From: Thermoplasmatota archaeon
GTDB taxonomy: Archaea; Thermoplasmatota; Thermoplasmata; Lutacidiplasmatales; JAMCUS01
Direction: 5' to 3'
Assembly (NCBI GenBank): GCA_023379385.1
Contig: JAMCUS010000032.1
Location: 14,243-78,242 of the forward strand
Length of the DNA: 64,000 nt
Position 1 is the first letter of the stretch. The number at the start of each line of letters is the position of its first letter. The notes below the pieces were generated by a model. That model was not told the origin of the DNA, made no database searches, and was given only the letters and a program-made list of their open reading frames with translations. Positions 38,396 to 49,655 of this stretch are shown piece by piece. The position numbers and the translations under genes are program-made.

Positions 38396-39801
38396 GTGCT
38401 TTGTTGAACAATTCCTAAGCCAGTAAATTTGCATCACTTTCTGATAACTTAACTTCCCACGTATGTACGTCTGCATTATACTCCTTAAGGAACTTTATTA
38501 TCTTCTCGCTGTCCTCTTTTCTTACTATTATTACGCTATTGATATATCTGATATGTTTTATTCCGTCAAGCAGTCCTGGTACCCTATTATGATATCTACC
38601 ATTAATACGAGCTATTATTGTAACCATATAGCTTTCTATAGAGTTTGCATGCATTCTTCATCTCTATATTTTGATCTTTTCTTCGCAATCGAAAGAGTAT
38701 CAACACACCATTTACCATGTTATAGGATAAGAAATAGAACGGTATAAATACATAACCGAATAGCTATATGGTATATATGAACAAAAGATGGGGTAAAGGT
38801 TATAAAGATAAAAGAGACTGAAAAAAGTATAATGAAGAGCTGGTAGTGAGAGGAGATTTTATTCTTGACCTTTCATTTGTTGATAACTGGATGGATGATT
38901 TGAAAAAGATGAATGAGGGAAAGAGAGGATCACCATTCCTCTTTCCTGATTCATTCATGTGATGGCTAATAATATGGCATCAAATGGTTGATTTTCGATC
39001 TCTTGAAGGGATATCACTCGTTCTTTCAGAGGAAGGTATCATTCCATATTCAATAGATTATTCCACTATATGTTACAGGATACACAATATGAAACCAGAA
39101 GTTTCCATGCCTAAGTTCAAGGGACTTGAATTAGCAACAGATGGTACAGGATTGAAGACCTCCAACGGAGGGGGATATAGGATATTCAGGTATGGTGATC
39201 CAGATGCGAAGATGAAGAAACATGTGGTAGTGGTAATAACAGCAGATGTAAAGAATAAGAAATTGATAGGGATAGAAGCGCATATAGAGGGACCAGATAA
39301 ATCCGAGGCGGATGTAGCGGAAGAGCATCTTAAGAGTGCGAAAAGTAAAGGATACAATGTTACTAAATTTTATGGAGATGTAGCATTCGACACCAATCGT
39401 TTGTTTGAAACACTACACGTGATGGGTGTAGATCCTGTAATAAAGATAAGAAAAAACGTAGCACCAGAGAATATTGGAGGAAGTAAGTGGCGTAGGAAGG
39501 AGGCGAGGGAATATAAAAATAAAGGATATAAAGATTGGGCAAAAGAGAAAGGATATGGGATGAGATGGCCTGGGACAGAGGGGATATTTTCAGCGGTGAA
39601 GAGGAAATATGGTGAGAATTGCGTATCAAAGAGTGTGAAGAGTCTGGAAGCAGAGGGGTTTCAACGCTTCCGGGTATATAATGAGATGAAATCATATGGA
39701 GAATCAAAGGTTAAACATATGTAAAGATTGAAAAAAAAAATTTGAAATTTAGTAAAAAAGAGGGAATATACCTTCAGAAAGCTAATATTTGTTCAACAAA
39801 A
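38396..39801 (+). mobile_element. Second IS element with DDE transposase and ~20-bp imperfect terminal inverted repeats
   Basis: TTTGTTGAACAA at 38398-38409 and its reverse complement TTGTTCAACAAA at about 39788-39799 flank the transposase ORF; a 79-aa minus-strand ORF (38415-38654) lies inside. Confidence 0.45.
38984..39724 (+). CDS. DDE transposase (IS4/IS5/ISH-like)
   Basis: D (ATDGTG), D (YGDVAFD) and E (SAVKRKYGEN) contexts, basic, 246 aa. The upstream same-frame stretch FHLFDNWMDDLKKMNEGKRGSPFLFPDSFM is cut off by TGA at 38960-38962. Confidence 0.6.
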   Translation: MVDFRSLEGISLVLSEEGIIPYSIDYSTICYRIHNMKPEVSMPKFKGLELATDGTGLKTSNGGGYRIFRYGDPDAKMKKHVVVVITADVKNKKLIGIEAHIEGPDKSEADVAEEHLKSAKSKGYNVTKFYGDVAFDTNRLFETLHVMGVDPVIKIRKNVAPENIGGSKWRRKEAREYKNKGYKDWAKEKGYGMRWPGTEGIFSAVKRKYGENCVSKSVKSLEAEGFQRFRVYNEMKSYGESKVKHM

Positions 39802-39850
39802 TCCGTAGAATGGATAATTTTATATAAGTAATTATACATCTAATTTTTAT

Positions 39851-40279
39851 ATGACATTAAAATATTGCCCGACCTGTAGAAGGAATGTGGAACCAGAGGA
39901 AAGCTGGAATATTATACTTTTAGTGATTTTATTGATTTTTTTTATTATTCCAGGCATTATATATATGGTGTATATGTATGATAAAAAAAGATGTCCGATC
40001 TGCCATACTCCTGAATCCATGATGGCTGCGCCAATATTTGACGGTAGTCAAAATTACGGTGGTACCATGGGTTACACGACTCCAGCTCCCTTAACTTCCG
40101 GTCCTTCATATAGTCCACAATACTCACCACAGGTCCAGGTGCTTATCCAGCCTCCTGCTACGTCTCAGTCTGTAACATTATCATCCCATAAAGACGGGGA
40201 AATAAGTTGTCCGTCTTGTCATAAAGAGGTTTCTGCTACCTTTAACATATGCCCTAATTGCCAGTACAAATTGCATTGA
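39851..40279 (+). CDS. Zinc-ribbon membrane protein
   Basis: N-terminal CPTC...CPIC and C-terminal CPSC...CPNC ribbons flanking a TM helix and a Pro/Ser/Tyr-rich linker. Confidence 0.5.
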   Translation: MTLKYCPTCRRNVEPEESWNIILLVILLIFFIIPGIIYMVYMYDKKRCPICHTPESMMAAPIFDGSQNYGGTMGYTTPAPLTSGPSYSPQYSPQVQVLIQPPATSQSVTLSSHKDGEISCPSCHKEVSATFNICPNCQYKLH

Positions 40280-40369
40280 GAAATCAATATAAAACAGACA
40301 TAAAAAAGACTCCAAGACTGATAGAAAAACATATATGTATGATACAGATATATTCGGTAGGATCGTGAG

Positions 40370-40825
40370 GTGATAAATATATCAGATTCAGTTTTGACTA
40401 CGAATGAAAATACAAAAATATGTCCCACATGTAGTGCTGTGATTCCTTATGACGCAAAGGAATGCGGGGAATGTGGCGAAAAATTTAATATACCTGCACA
40501 AGAAAAAGAGATTTCAAAAGAGGTAAACATTATATCAGAGACGGATGCGTCAGATAAAGAAATGGTTGATGCGAATATTGATGATAGAAGAAATGGTATT
40601 ATTGGCGCAGGTATTTTATTAATGCTAATTGGATTCATAAGTGGACCTATTATGATAGCACTGTATTCATTAAATGGTATAAATATACTCAACATTAATT
40701 TTAGATCAGATCCGGTATCATTATGGTTGCTGTTTTCTTTGGGTACTATTGTTGGATTTATAGGAACAGCTATCGTCGTTGTAGGTCTGAACGGTAATAA
40801 ATATATAAAGGAAATTATAAAATAA
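40370..40825 (+). CDS. Zinc-ribbon membrane protein
   Basis: CPTC...CGEC ribbon, then 2 TM helices. Confidence 0.5.
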   Translation: MINISDSVLTTNENTKICPTCSAVIPYDAKECGECGEKFNIPAQEKEISKEVNIISETDASDKEMVDANIDDRRNGIIGAGILLMLIGFISGPIMIALYSLNGINILNINFRSDPVSLWLLFSLGTIVGFIGTAIVVVGLNGNKYIKEIIK

Positions 40826-40850
40826 TTTAAAGATTAATTTTGGTGATTTT

Positions 40851-41459
40851 ATGAACAGTATGTATAAACAGATTGCTATGATATGGCACAAGAAACCTGA
40901 AGAATTTGTTAAAGCTATTAGAATGAGAAAGATAGATTGGAGAAAGGGTAGAACTATAGAACGATTGGAACACCCTACCAGAATTGATAGAGCCAGGCGT
41001 CTTGGCTACAAAGCTAAACAGGGATTTATCGTAGTAAGAGTAAAGGTGAGAAGAGGTGGGCAGCAAAAAAGGCATTTAATTGCTGGGAGACGTCCAAAAA
41101 GAAAAGGTATTAATAAATTAACCGTTAATAAAAGTATTCAGAGAATTGCAGAAGAGAGAGCCGCCAAGAAATATTCTACATTAGAGGTTCTTAATTCATA
41201 CTATGTAGGAGAAGATGGAAAGAGCAAATTTTACGAAATTATAATGGTGGATACACATCACCCTGTCATTTCATCAGATCCAAAATATAGATGGCTTCTT
41301 GACGACGCCAACAAAGGAAGGGTATTCAGAGGCTTAACCTCAGCAGGTAAGAAAGGTAGGGGATTGAGATGGAAAGGTAAAGGTGCTGAGCGGATGAGGC
41401 CATCAAGAAAAGCAAACATAAGAAGAGAAAGGAGGATTCAGTACAAGGTTGTCCCCTGA
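40851..41459 (+). CDS. rpl15e: 50S ribosomal protein L15e
   Basis: [15 protein letters not shown]...[27 protein letters not shown] is the conserved L15e N-terminus. Confidence 0.85.
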   Translation: MNSMYKQIAMIWHKKPEEFVKAIRMRKIDWRKGRTIERLEHPTRIDRARRLGYKAKQGFIVVRVKVRRGGQQKRHLIAGRRPKRKGINKLTVNKSIQRIAEERAAKKYSTLEVLNSYYVGEDGKSKFYEIIMVDTHHPVISSDPKYRWLLDDANKGRVFRGLTSAGKKGRGLRWKGKGAERMRPSRKANIRRERRIQYKVVP

Positions 41460-41466
41460 TCTGTTT

Positions 41467-42144
41467 TTAGATAACGAGGAACTTGATATAGGGCAGGTAT
41501 CTGTTTATAAGATTTTTTGCCCATTCCAACTTCTTTCTTTTGATTTCAACATTTTTATTTTTTCCGTAAGGTGTGTTGAAATCAAAGTTATATGCATATA
41601 TCGGCGTTGCAGATAATTCATCAGCCATGAATAAGGCTCTATCACCATCTGTAAAGCCACCAAAATTATAAATTCGTTCAAATGCGTATGACTGAGTTGT
41701 GGCAACAATTCTAAATGGTGAAAAGTTACGCATGTAGCTTTTTATAATGTCACGATTATCGCCGTGTGAGTGTATGACCGGTATTGATCCATTATTAACA
41801 GCCTCCATAATTGAATCTAGGTTTCCATCTAGATCTGTTGTGATGAAGTCCGGGATTATTTCTAATTCAATTAACCTATCCATAACACTATCCGCTGCAA
41901 TTACAACTGGCCCATGGCTCTCTATCCATTTTTTTATATCGTGTGAAAGTGACGGTCCATTTCCTATAACAATTACATTTTTATTTTTTATTCTATTTCT
42001 TAACTCATCACGGGTGTACTGAGCAATACCGCTGTTGATAATTTCTTTATGTAATGCTATGGCTGATAATTCATCATCTGATCGTTTCCAACCGAATGAA
42101 TTCAATATTTCAATGTATACAGGCTCCCATTTTTCGAACTTCAT
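41467..42144 (-). CDS. mptE: 6-hydroxymethyl-7,8-dihydropterin pyrophosphokinase, archaeal MptE (DUF115)
   Basis: VIGNGPS and TDLDG motifs; 225 aa. Confidence 0.65.
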   Translation of the reverse strand: MKFEKWEPVYIEILNSFGWKRSDDELSAIALHKEIINSGIAQYTRDELRNRIKNKNVIVIGNGPSLSHDIKKWIESHGPVVIAADSVMDRLIELEIIPDFITTDLDGNLDSIMEAVNNGSIPVIHSHGDNRDIIKSYMRNFSPFRIVATTQSYAFERIYNFGGFTDGDRALFMADELSATPIYAYNFDFNTPYGKNKNVEIKRKKLEWAKNLINRYLPYIKFLVI

Positions 42145-42181
42145 TTATGAAATATAAGTCAATGTAAAAATTTAAAGATTA

Positions 42182-43534
42182 CTACCACAGTTTCTTTATC
42201 TGATCTATGTTTTTGAATAAATAGTATAAAGTTCCCGTCATTACAAAATTATTCAATATCAGTATAATCGTAAAAGCAAGTGATATACCAAAAGTAGAAA
42301 TGGCAGTAGTACCGAATCCAAAAAAGTAGGGCCAGCTTATATTTGTATTACTCTGAAATGAGGTATACGGTAAATTTAAAAAAAGATCCCCTAATAAAAA
42401 CAAAAATAGTAATCCTGACGCTAAAAATGACAGAATGTATACCTTTGTAAGCTCCTTTTTGGTGAAAAGAAGATAATCAATAATAATAAAAACAAGCACA
42501 TACATTAAAAGTACTGCCCAATGGAAGATGGCTGTGCTATATAATATATTATCATCTGTAAGCAAAAATATACCTGATATTATTTCAAATATAAATAAAT
42601 ATTTTATTATCTTTTTGTTGTATGAATTTAATGCGTCTATTTTGGCTAATACAAATCCAATTATTATAGAAATAAGTATTATTAAAATACCTATGTAGCC
42701 ATACACCGCTAATGAACCGGTCGGAAAGTAGATATTGGCAGTGGCAGGAGGTGAAGTGGTGGGTAATGGTATGGTGCTTGTCTTATTTGTGATAGTAATA
42801 TATAAAATAGCGTTGGTTGTTGATGGATCATCACCGGTAGCAGAGAGTTGTATTGTATAATTACCTGGAGTTATCGTTTTAGATACTGTTACGGTAAAAG
42901 TTCCACTGTATGGCGGATCGCCTGTGTAAGGCAGTCCTGTGACAGTTAAACCATTAGGCACAGAAACGGTATTTATTGTAGTTCCCCACGTAGAACCAGA
43001 AGAAAGTTTTACAGTATAGTTTATGCTTGTTTCAGAATTTTTTGGTAGAGAAACATGGGATGGATTAAGGGTTACGTTAGAGGTACCCACACCATTTTTT
43101 GATGTTGTACCTGTGATAGTAATATATAAAATAGCATTGGATGTTGATGGATCATCACCGGTAGCAGAGAGTTGTATTGTATAATTACCTGGAGTTATCG
43201 TTTGAGATGCTGTCACGGTAAAAGTTCCACTGTATGGTGGATCGCCTGTATAAGACAGCCCTGTGACAGTTAAACCATTAGGCACAGAAACGGTATTTAT
43301 TGTAGTTCCCCACGTAGAACCAGAAGAAAGTTTTACAGTATATGCTATGCTAGTTCCAGAACCACCTAATAATGTAACATGGGATGGATTAATAGTAATG
43401 CTGGAACTGCCAGTACTATTGCTACCAATGCCAGATGCATTAACCGATACATTAGTCACCATAAAAAGAAATAGTATTGTAGTAATGGCCAACATAAATA
43501 CAACAATCTTTTTTTTGTACATATTTATCAACAT
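42182..43534 (-). CDS. Thr/Ser-rich surface protein with internal ~95-aa tandem duplication and multi-TM C-terminus
   Basis: Signal/anchor at the N-terminus, two near-identical NPSHV...ILYITIT modules, then 5-6 TM helices. Confidence 0.5.
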   Translation of the reverse strand: MLINMYKKKIVVFMLAITTILFLFMVTNVSVNASGIGSNSTGSSSITINPSHVTLLGGSGTSIAYTVKLSSGSTWGTTINTVSVPNGLTVTGLSYTGDPPYSGTFTVTASQTITPGNYTIQLSATGDDPSTSNAILYITITGTTSKNGVGTSNVTLNPSHVSLPKNSETSINYTVKLSSGSTWGTTINTVSVPNGLTVTGLPYTGDPPYSGTFTVTVSKTITPGNYTIQLSATGDDPSTTNAILYITITNKTSTIPLPTTSPPATANIYFPTGSLAVYGYIGILIILISIIIGFVLAKIDALNSYNKKIIKYLFIFEIISGIFLLTDDNILYSTAIFHWAVLLMYVLVFIIIDYLLFTKKELTKVYILSFLASGLLFLFLLGDLFLNLPYTSFQSNTNISWPYFFGFGTTAISTFGISLAFTIILILNNFVMTGTLYYLFKNIDQIKKLW

Positions 43535-43775
43535 TATAATATGTGCAACGCTATATAAAATATTCAGATTAATTTAATTTTTAAAATTAAATTTGTTTAT
43601 TAATCTCATTTTACTAGAATTTTGCATGTATAGTTTTTTGATCTGCTGTGTAAATAAATGTATGATTTATTATGCAGATAAAAATATAACATATTAAATA
43701 AATTAATAATTAAAGGAAAAGTTTAATAATATTTCTGTTTTACCAATTTAAGATATTGAATAGTAGTGGTTTAAT

Positions 43776-44972
43776 ATGAAAGATTTTATAAAAGTGGAGT
43801 CTCACAACGTAACTCCTATGGAAAAGCAGAGTGTGGAGATTGTAGAAAGGAAAGGGATTGGTCATCCGGATAGCTTGGCTGATGGAATATCTGAGAGTGT
43901 AAGCAGGGCACTCAGTAATATGTACATAGAACGTTACGGAAGAATTTTGCATCATAACACGGATGAGACACAGATTGTAGGTGGGCAATCTGAACCAAAA
44001 TTTGGTGGTGGAGAAATTTTGGACCCTATATACATATTGCTAGTAGGACGTGCTACAACAACTGTTAATGGAGAAAGATTGCCATACAGACATGTAGCTC
44101 TCAGGGCTGCAGAAGAGTATTTAAAAAATACATGCAAGCATCTTGATATAAATGATGTAATACTTGATTGTAAAATTGGCCAGGGTTCCGTGGACCTCAG
44201 AGGTCTATACGAAACAAAAAAACACCTTGCCAATGATACCTCGTTTGGTGTCGGATTTGCACCCTTATCTGAAACTGAGACTATTGTCTATAATGCTGAA
44301 CGATTTATAAACAATGAGGCTGTAAAGAAAATACCTGCAATTGGTGAAGATGTTAAGGTGATGGGTTATAGAATAAATGATAAAATACACCTGACAGCAG
44401 CTATTGCCTTTGTTGATTCATTGGTTCCAGACAAGGAACATTATATATCTATAAAGGAGGAAATTCAGTCACTTCTAGAATCATATTTAAGTAGATATAC
44501 AAAAAGAGAGTTAAAAATATATATAAATACGGCAGATAGATATGATGAAAATCTCTACTATCTTACAGTTACAGGCTTATCAATGGAAAATGGAGATGAT
44601 GGATCCGTTGGAAGAGGTAACAGAGCTAATGGTATTATAACACCAGGTAGACCAATGAGTTTGGAAGCGGCTGCCGGTAAGAATTCAGTAACCCATGTTG
44701 GAAAGATGTATAACATAATTTCTCAGGAGATTGCTAGTGAGTGTGTAAAAGCAGGAAATGGAGATATTCAAGAGGCATATGTGAGTATATTATCACAGAT
44801 AGGTAAAGATATTACGGATCCTCAAGTGGTATCCGTTAAATTATTGATGGCAGATGGTAATGTAAAGGAATCAAAATACAAAGCAGAATGTGAGGGCATT
44901 GTTGAAAATAAACTTGCAGAGTTGCCAGAACTTTACAAAAAGGTACTTTCCGGCAAGGTATCTATATTCTGA
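43776..44972 (+). CDS. mat: S-adenosylmethionine synthetase, archaeal type
   Basis: [12 protein letters not shown] near the N-terminus; 398 aa, typical of the archaeal MAT family. Confidence 0.85.
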   Translation: MKDFIKVESHNVTPMEKQSVEIVERKGIGHPDSLADGISESVSRALSNMYIERYGRILHHNTDETQIVGGQSEPKFGGGEILDPIYILLVGRATTTVNGERLPYRHVALRAAEEYLKNTCKHLDINDVILDCKIGQGSVDLRGLYETKKHLANDTSFGVGFAPLSETETIVYNAERFINNEAVKKIPAIGEDVKVMGYRINDKIHLTAAIAFVDSLVPDKEHYISIKEEIQSLLESYLSRYTKRELKIYINTADRYDENLYYLTVTGLSMENGDDGSVGRGNRANGIITPGRPMSLEAAAGKNSVTHVGKMYNIISQEIASECVKAGNGDIQEAYVSILSQIGKDITDPQVVSVKLLMADGNVKESKYKAECEGIVENKLAELPELYKKVLSGKVSIF

Positions 44973-45058
44973 ATACAACCCTTTCAACAATTTTGTAAAA
45001 TTATTTATAAACGTGAATATAATCATAAAATGCAAAAATTATAATAATAACAAACATA

Positions 45059-46267
45059 TTGAATATAGATAATATGAAAAAAAAATCTAAAAGAATGGAC
45101 AAGGTATCTCAAATAACAGAAACAGATGAATGGCAAAATGCAGATATAGAGTATGCCGATGTCATTTCAAGGGATATGTTTCCATTTTTTGGTGGCAAGT
45201 TAACAGATAATGAAAAAGTTGGTAGATATCTCGATATTATTAAGATGTGTCCGATCTATTACCCTGCACAACTTACATTGGGAAACACCTATTTAAGTAT
45301 AGGAAAAGATAAAAAGGGTATTGAACAACTTGATGCAGGTTTTCAAGTAGTCAAAGACTTTTTTGAAGAAGAGGATATGGATAATGTAATAAATAATGTT
45401 GGAGATTATTTAGAGAAAAATTTGAAATTTGATCTCGCAATAAGATACTATCAAAAAGCACTGGAGATGATATCAAAAAAGGGGTGGATCTATGATTCTA
45501 TGGCATATTGCTATACCATGTTAGGAAATTTTAAAGAGGCATTGAAAATACAGCAAAAAGCTCTTGATTATGATCCTGGTAATTCTAAATATTATTCAAA
45601 TGCGGGCTGGATTAATATGTGCATTGGTAACATGGAGGATGCAAAAATCCTTTTAAAAAAATCTTTGAAACTGAATCCAGATGACGATGTAACAAAAGGG
45701 AATTACGATGCCTTGAAGTGTATTGTAAATAAGAAACTTAAAAATTGGGATGCCTATTTACTAAGAAAGATGGATAAATACGAATATAAGGATATGGAGG
45801 ATGAGGATTTTATAAAAGAGATTGCGGAATACAACGTATGCAGATTAGATGCTTTTAAAGTGGAGATTGTACGTGGAATGCCTGAATATACAATCAAAAA
45901 GAAAGTGGATCTATTACTATCCATTCAATATTTCTTTAAAAATGCTTTTCGTGATGAATTTGGGGGTTTTGATGATGACTTCTTTTTATATGATGATATT
46001 AATGAATTGAATTTTAGTTTTGAAAGAAGGATGAAACATGTTATTGATACCACTAAAGATATAGACGAAACGATTTTTAATGATATATATACAGGTTTGA
46101 CAGAATTTTATAAATTCATGACTAAAAAACGCCTTACTACAAAAGATAACTTTGAAAAACTAAAAAAAACAATGGAATTAGAAAAAGATGACCTGTATGA
46201 TAAAATGATGACAAAGTACAAAAAAAGAAAGAAGGATACAGATGAGCCAAATATATTCCCTTTTTGA
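45059..46267 (+). CDS. TPR-repeat protein
   Basis: Repeated 34-aa TPR-like units (AIRYYQKALEM..., ALKIQQKALDYDPGN..., KILLKKSLKLNPDD). Confidence 0.55.
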   Translation: MNIDNMKKKSKRMDKVSQITETDEWQNADIEYADVISRDMFPFFGGKLTDNEKVGRYLDIIKMCPIYYPAQLTLGNTYLSIGKDKKGIEQLDAGFQVVKDFFEEEDMDNVINNVGDYLEKNLKFDLAIRYYQKALEMISKKGWIYDSMAYCYTMLGNFKEALKIQQKALDYDPGNSKYYSNAGWINMCIGNMEDAKILLKKSLKLNPDDDVTKGNYDALKCIVNKKLKNWDAYLLRKMDKYEYKDMEDEDFIKEIAEYNVCRLDAFKVEIVRGMPEYTIKKKVDLLLSIQYFFKNAFRDEFGGFDDDFFLYDDINELNFSFERRMKHVIDTTKDIDETIFNDIYTGLTEFYKFMTKKRLTTKDNFEKLKKTMELEKDDLYDKMMTKYKKRKKDTDEPNIFPF

Positions 46268-46568
46268 TTGAATCACCGGTGATTTCGCCATACAGTACGG
46301 GATCGCTAACAACCTGTTTTTAATAATTTTGTATAAGTAAGTTCTTATGTAAATGCTTATGTTATTTATTCACAACGCCTAAGCATCTACACTTTACATA
46401 CTGTAAACTTCAGATAAACAAATGTCATTATTCAGTTCATATTTCTTTTTATTATATATTTTTTTAGGTTATATTTCCCAAAGGCATTCTTTGTCTATAG
46501 TACTTAATGAATGTAAAGGTTGTGTAATGTGGGCTATGTGTTGATAACAATAATAAAAAAGTATTATA

Positions 46569-48044
46569 TTGTTAAATGCGTTAGGGTATTGTAGGTATAA
46601 AATTATGTATGAAGCGATACCTGTAGAAACAACTTCTGAGCTATCTCTTAATTTTAATGAAACCAATAAGGGATATACAAAAGAAGAATCAATGATTGAG
46701 GCATCCAGATGTTTGACTTGTGTAAATCCAACATGTGTAAGAAGATGCCCTGCACACCTTCACGTTCCAGGTTATATGAAACAGATAGCTAAAGGAAATT
46801 TTCAGGAAGCCCTAAAGGTTGTATATAATTTTTTTCCAATTGCCGGTACATGTGGTAGAATCTGTTTTCACCCATGCATGGAGGATTGTTTGCAGAATAG
46901 AACGCCTGATGGATACGCTTTGCGTATACCCATGATAAGAAGAGCTGCAGCTGATTTTGGAGATATTAATAAATTAATAATTAGGCCTGGATTTCCAACA
47001 GGAAAGAAGGTGGCGATTATAGGTGCCGGTCCTGCTGGATTAACGTGTGCATATCATCTGAGAAGGCTCGGGCATGATGTAACCATCTTTGATAAAGAGA
47101 AGGCACCAGGCGGTCAGCTGTACTATACGATACCTAAATTTAGGTTACCAAAAGATGTACTGATCAATGAATGTTCAATACTTACAAAGCTCGGTGTTAT
47201 TTTTAAATTTGGAGTGAATATAGGTAAGGACGTAGGTGTAGAACAGATTACAAATGACTTTGATGCCGTATTTATAGCTATAGGTGCCATGAAACCTATT
47301 ACGCTGAACATACCTGGAGAGGAATGTAATGGAGTCATGCACTCTCTTGATTTTCTTAAAGAGGTTAATGAAATGCGTATAAAATCGTTGCATGGTTCCG
47401 TATCTGTTATTGGTGGTGGTAATGTAGCCATAGATGTATTAAGAACAGTCATAAGATTATCCCCTGACGAGCTTCATATAATATACAGAAGAAGCCCACG
47501 TGAAATGCCTGCTAGCAAGGGTGAAATACGAGAATTCATTGAGGAGGTTGTCCAGCATCATGTAGATATAAAAGACGTGGATGATGCTAAAGAAAAATTT
47601 ATGTTGTTTGAGGTTCTTGAGAACGAAAAAAGCAGGACGCCAACAAAGGTAGTTGCGCATTTCTATACCCAGCCAGTAAAGTTTTCAGAGTCAGCAGGTA
47701 AATTAACTTCCATAATATCATCTCCGGTAAGACTGGTAAATGACCCCTCCAATCCACGGGGTAAGCTCATTGTTGATAAAGATACCACTTTTGAATTAAA
47801 AACAGATATGGTTATCATTGCTGCTGGTGAGAGACCAGACGTTGCATCACTCAATCTAAAAGAGTTGAAAACTACCAGATGGAATACGATTGTTGTGGAT
47901 AACGAATTGAAAACTAGTATATCTAAAGTTTTTGCCGGTGGAGATGTTACAAATGGCCCTGCCAGTATGATAGAAGCCATAAGAGACGGAAAAAACGGTG
48001 CCTATGCATTAGATAAGTTTTTGATGGAACATGTACATAATTAA
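46569..48044 (+). CDS. GltD-like NADPH-dependent FAD/Fe-S oxidoreductase (glutamate synthase small subunit family)
   Basis: N-terminal Cys clusters (CLTCVNPTCVRRCP, CGRICFHPCMEDC) and the dinucleotide-binding VAIIGAGPAGLTCA. Confidence 0.7.
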   Translation: MLNALGYCRYKIMYEAIPVETTSELSLNFNETNKGYTKEESMIEASRCLTCVNPTCVRRCPAHLHVPGYMKQIAKGNFQEALKVVYNFFPIAGTCGRICFHPCMEDCLQNRTPDGYALRIPMIRRAAADFGDINKLIIRPGFPTGKKVAIIGAGPAGLTCAYHLRRLGHDVTIFDKEKAPGGQLYYTIPKFRLPKDVLINECSILTKLGVIFKFGVNIGKDVGVEQITNDFDAVFIAIGAMKPITLNIPGEECNGVMHSLDFLKEVNEMRIKSLHGSVSVIGGGNVAIDVLRTVIRLSPDELHIIYRRSPREMPASKGEIREFIEEVVQHHVDIKDVDDAKEKFMLFEVLENEKSRTPTKVVAHFYTQPVKFSESAGKLTSIISSPVRLVNDPSNPRGKLIVDKDTTFELKTDMVIIAAGERPDVASLNLKELKTTRWNTIVVDNELKTSISKVFAGGDVTNGPASMIEAIRDGKNGAYALDKFLMEHVHN

Positions 48045-48347
48045 CGGTTCATTAGGATTTGAAAGCAAAAAAAAAGCTCTGGTGGCATTTCATTCTACAG
48101 TAATAGACAATAAACAGTATATAAATGCGTATGTTAATGATACAGATATACTGTTCACAGTTAAAGGAACAGATTTATTAAGTATAATGAGAACCGTTGA
48201 TGATTATCTAGCAGCACTGGAACTCTCCATAAAGATCATGGAGGTTGGATAACACATCGTAAATATTGTTACCATTATCCATAACGTGGCCATTTACAGT
48301 AGCAATCTGGTATTAATTTTAAGTAAATATTTTTATATAAAAAGATC

Positions 48348-48983
48348 ATGTATATTGTTATGACTGTTTCACATTACTTTAACATAAGTGTTATAGGAAG
48401 CTACGCAATTCTTTTTATTATTATCGCTATTGTTATGATGTTCTTCGGTAAAGATATTATAAAAATCGTCGCGGCCCTTGCTGGTCTTGTTATGGGGTCC
48501 GTAATTGGTATTGTTATAGGTATGCTGTTATTTCCACACAACATACTCTATATCATTCTTATAGCTATTGCATTGGGGTTAATAGGCATTATTATTGGAT
48601 TATGGATTCTACGATCTACTATTGCCTGGATGGGCTTTTTAACCTTTGCTGGAATTGTATACTATTTAATTGGAAAGCCATCGTTACAGACTTTACTGAA
48701 TAATAAAAATTTATACCCATTATTCTACATCATTATTGCAGGAATAATAGGATATATTTTGTTTTATATTCTTTACGATAGTATTCTCATATTATTGACA
48801 GTTATTATTGGTGCAGTCCTTTTTTTCATATCTTTAAGTTTTATAAGTACAGACTATATTCTGACAATTCTGCTTTCAGCTATACTTGGAATTCTTGGAT
48901 TTATTTTCCAGACCGAAAAAGATGAAAAAGGAAAAAAGACCAGGATTAAAAAGATTTATTATAATAACAATACCCATTCATAA
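48348..48983 (+). CDS. Integral membrane protein (5-6 TM helices), unknown function
   Basis: Hydrophobic throughout, with a basic C-terminal tail. Confidence 0.4.
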   Translation: MYIVMTVSHYFNISVIGSYAILFIIIAIVMMFFGKDIIKIVAALAGLVMGSVIGIVIGMLLFPHNILYIILIAIALGLIGIIIGLWILRSTIAWMGFLTFAGIVYYLIGKPSLQTLLNNKNLYPLFYIIIAGIIGYILFYILYDSILILLTVIIGAVLFFISLSFISTDYILTILLSAILGILGFIFQTEKDEKGKKTRIKKIYYNNNTHS

Positions 48984-48988
48984 ACAGT

Positions 48989-49651
48989 TCACGAAATGTC
49001 TGTATTTCCCCTGTATATTTTATTCCAATCATTGAGAAATCGTTCAATACCTATATCAGTAAGAGGATGTTTTACAAGGAGATGCATAATATTAAACGGC
49101 ATAGTAGCAATATGCGCTCCTGTGAGAGCTGCCTCAACAACATGTACAGGATTTCTTATACTTGCTACAATGATCTCCGTTTGAAAGTTATAATTTTTGT
49201 ATATAGTCATTATCTGTTCAACAAGATCCATTCCGTAACCAGAAATATCATCAATTCGTCCAACAAAGGGACTTACAAACGATGCTCCCGCCTTGGCAGC
49301 TAGCAGAGCCTGTGATGGTGAGAAAATCAGAGTCATATTAACTTTTATGTTTTTTTCATGCAATATTCTGGTTGCCTTTAATCCATTAAATGTTACAGGA
49401 ATTTTTATATTTATGTTTTCAGATATATCTGCAAGTTTTTTCCCCTCTTTTACCATATCCTCCACGTCTGTGCTTATTACCTCTGCACTGACAGGACCCT
49501 TAACAATTTTGGATATACTTTTTAATATTTCAATAGGATCACCTGTTTCTTTTGATAGAAGTGTAGGATTGGTAGTTACACCGTCCACCATGGATAGTTC
49601 GATACCCTCTTTGATCTCTTTTATACTTGCTGTGTCAAGAAAAAACTTCAT
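48989..49651 (-). CDS. tal: Transaldolase / fructose-6-phosphate aldolase (short archaeal type)
   Basis: [15 protein letters not shown] start and TNPTL motif; 220 aa. Confidence 0.8.
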   Translation of the reverse strand: MKFFLDTASIKEIKEGIELSMVDGVTTNPTLLSKETGDPIEILKSISKIVKGPVSAEVISTDVEDMVKEGKKLADISENINIKIPVTFNGLKATRILHEKNIKVNMTLIFSPSQALLAAKAGASFVSPFVGRIDDISGYGMDLVEQIMTIYKNYNFQTEIIVASIRNPVHVVEAALTGAHIATMPFNIMHLLVKHPLTDIGIERFLNDWNKIYRGNTDIS

Positions 49652-49655
49652 TTTA

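Noticed and set aside
38415-38654. 79-aa minus-strand ORF between the two IS elements (MVTIIARINGRYHN...)
   Set aside because: There is no recognisable domain, and it lies inside the putative TIR-bounded IS on the opposite strand to the transposase. It is left uncalled as a separate feature.
38849-38983. N-terminal extension of the DDE transposase (MDDLKKMNEGKRGSPFLFPDSFM) in the same frame
   Set aside because: It is interrupted by TGA at 38960-38962 and preceded by another stop at 38846. I cannot tell truncation from recoding without other copies, so the CDS is called from Met 38984.
48031-48252. 73-aa ORF overlapping the end of the gltD-like gene
   Set aside because: It is short with no motif. 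It could be real, with a 14-nt overlap suggesting coupling, but this cannot be supported from sequence alone.
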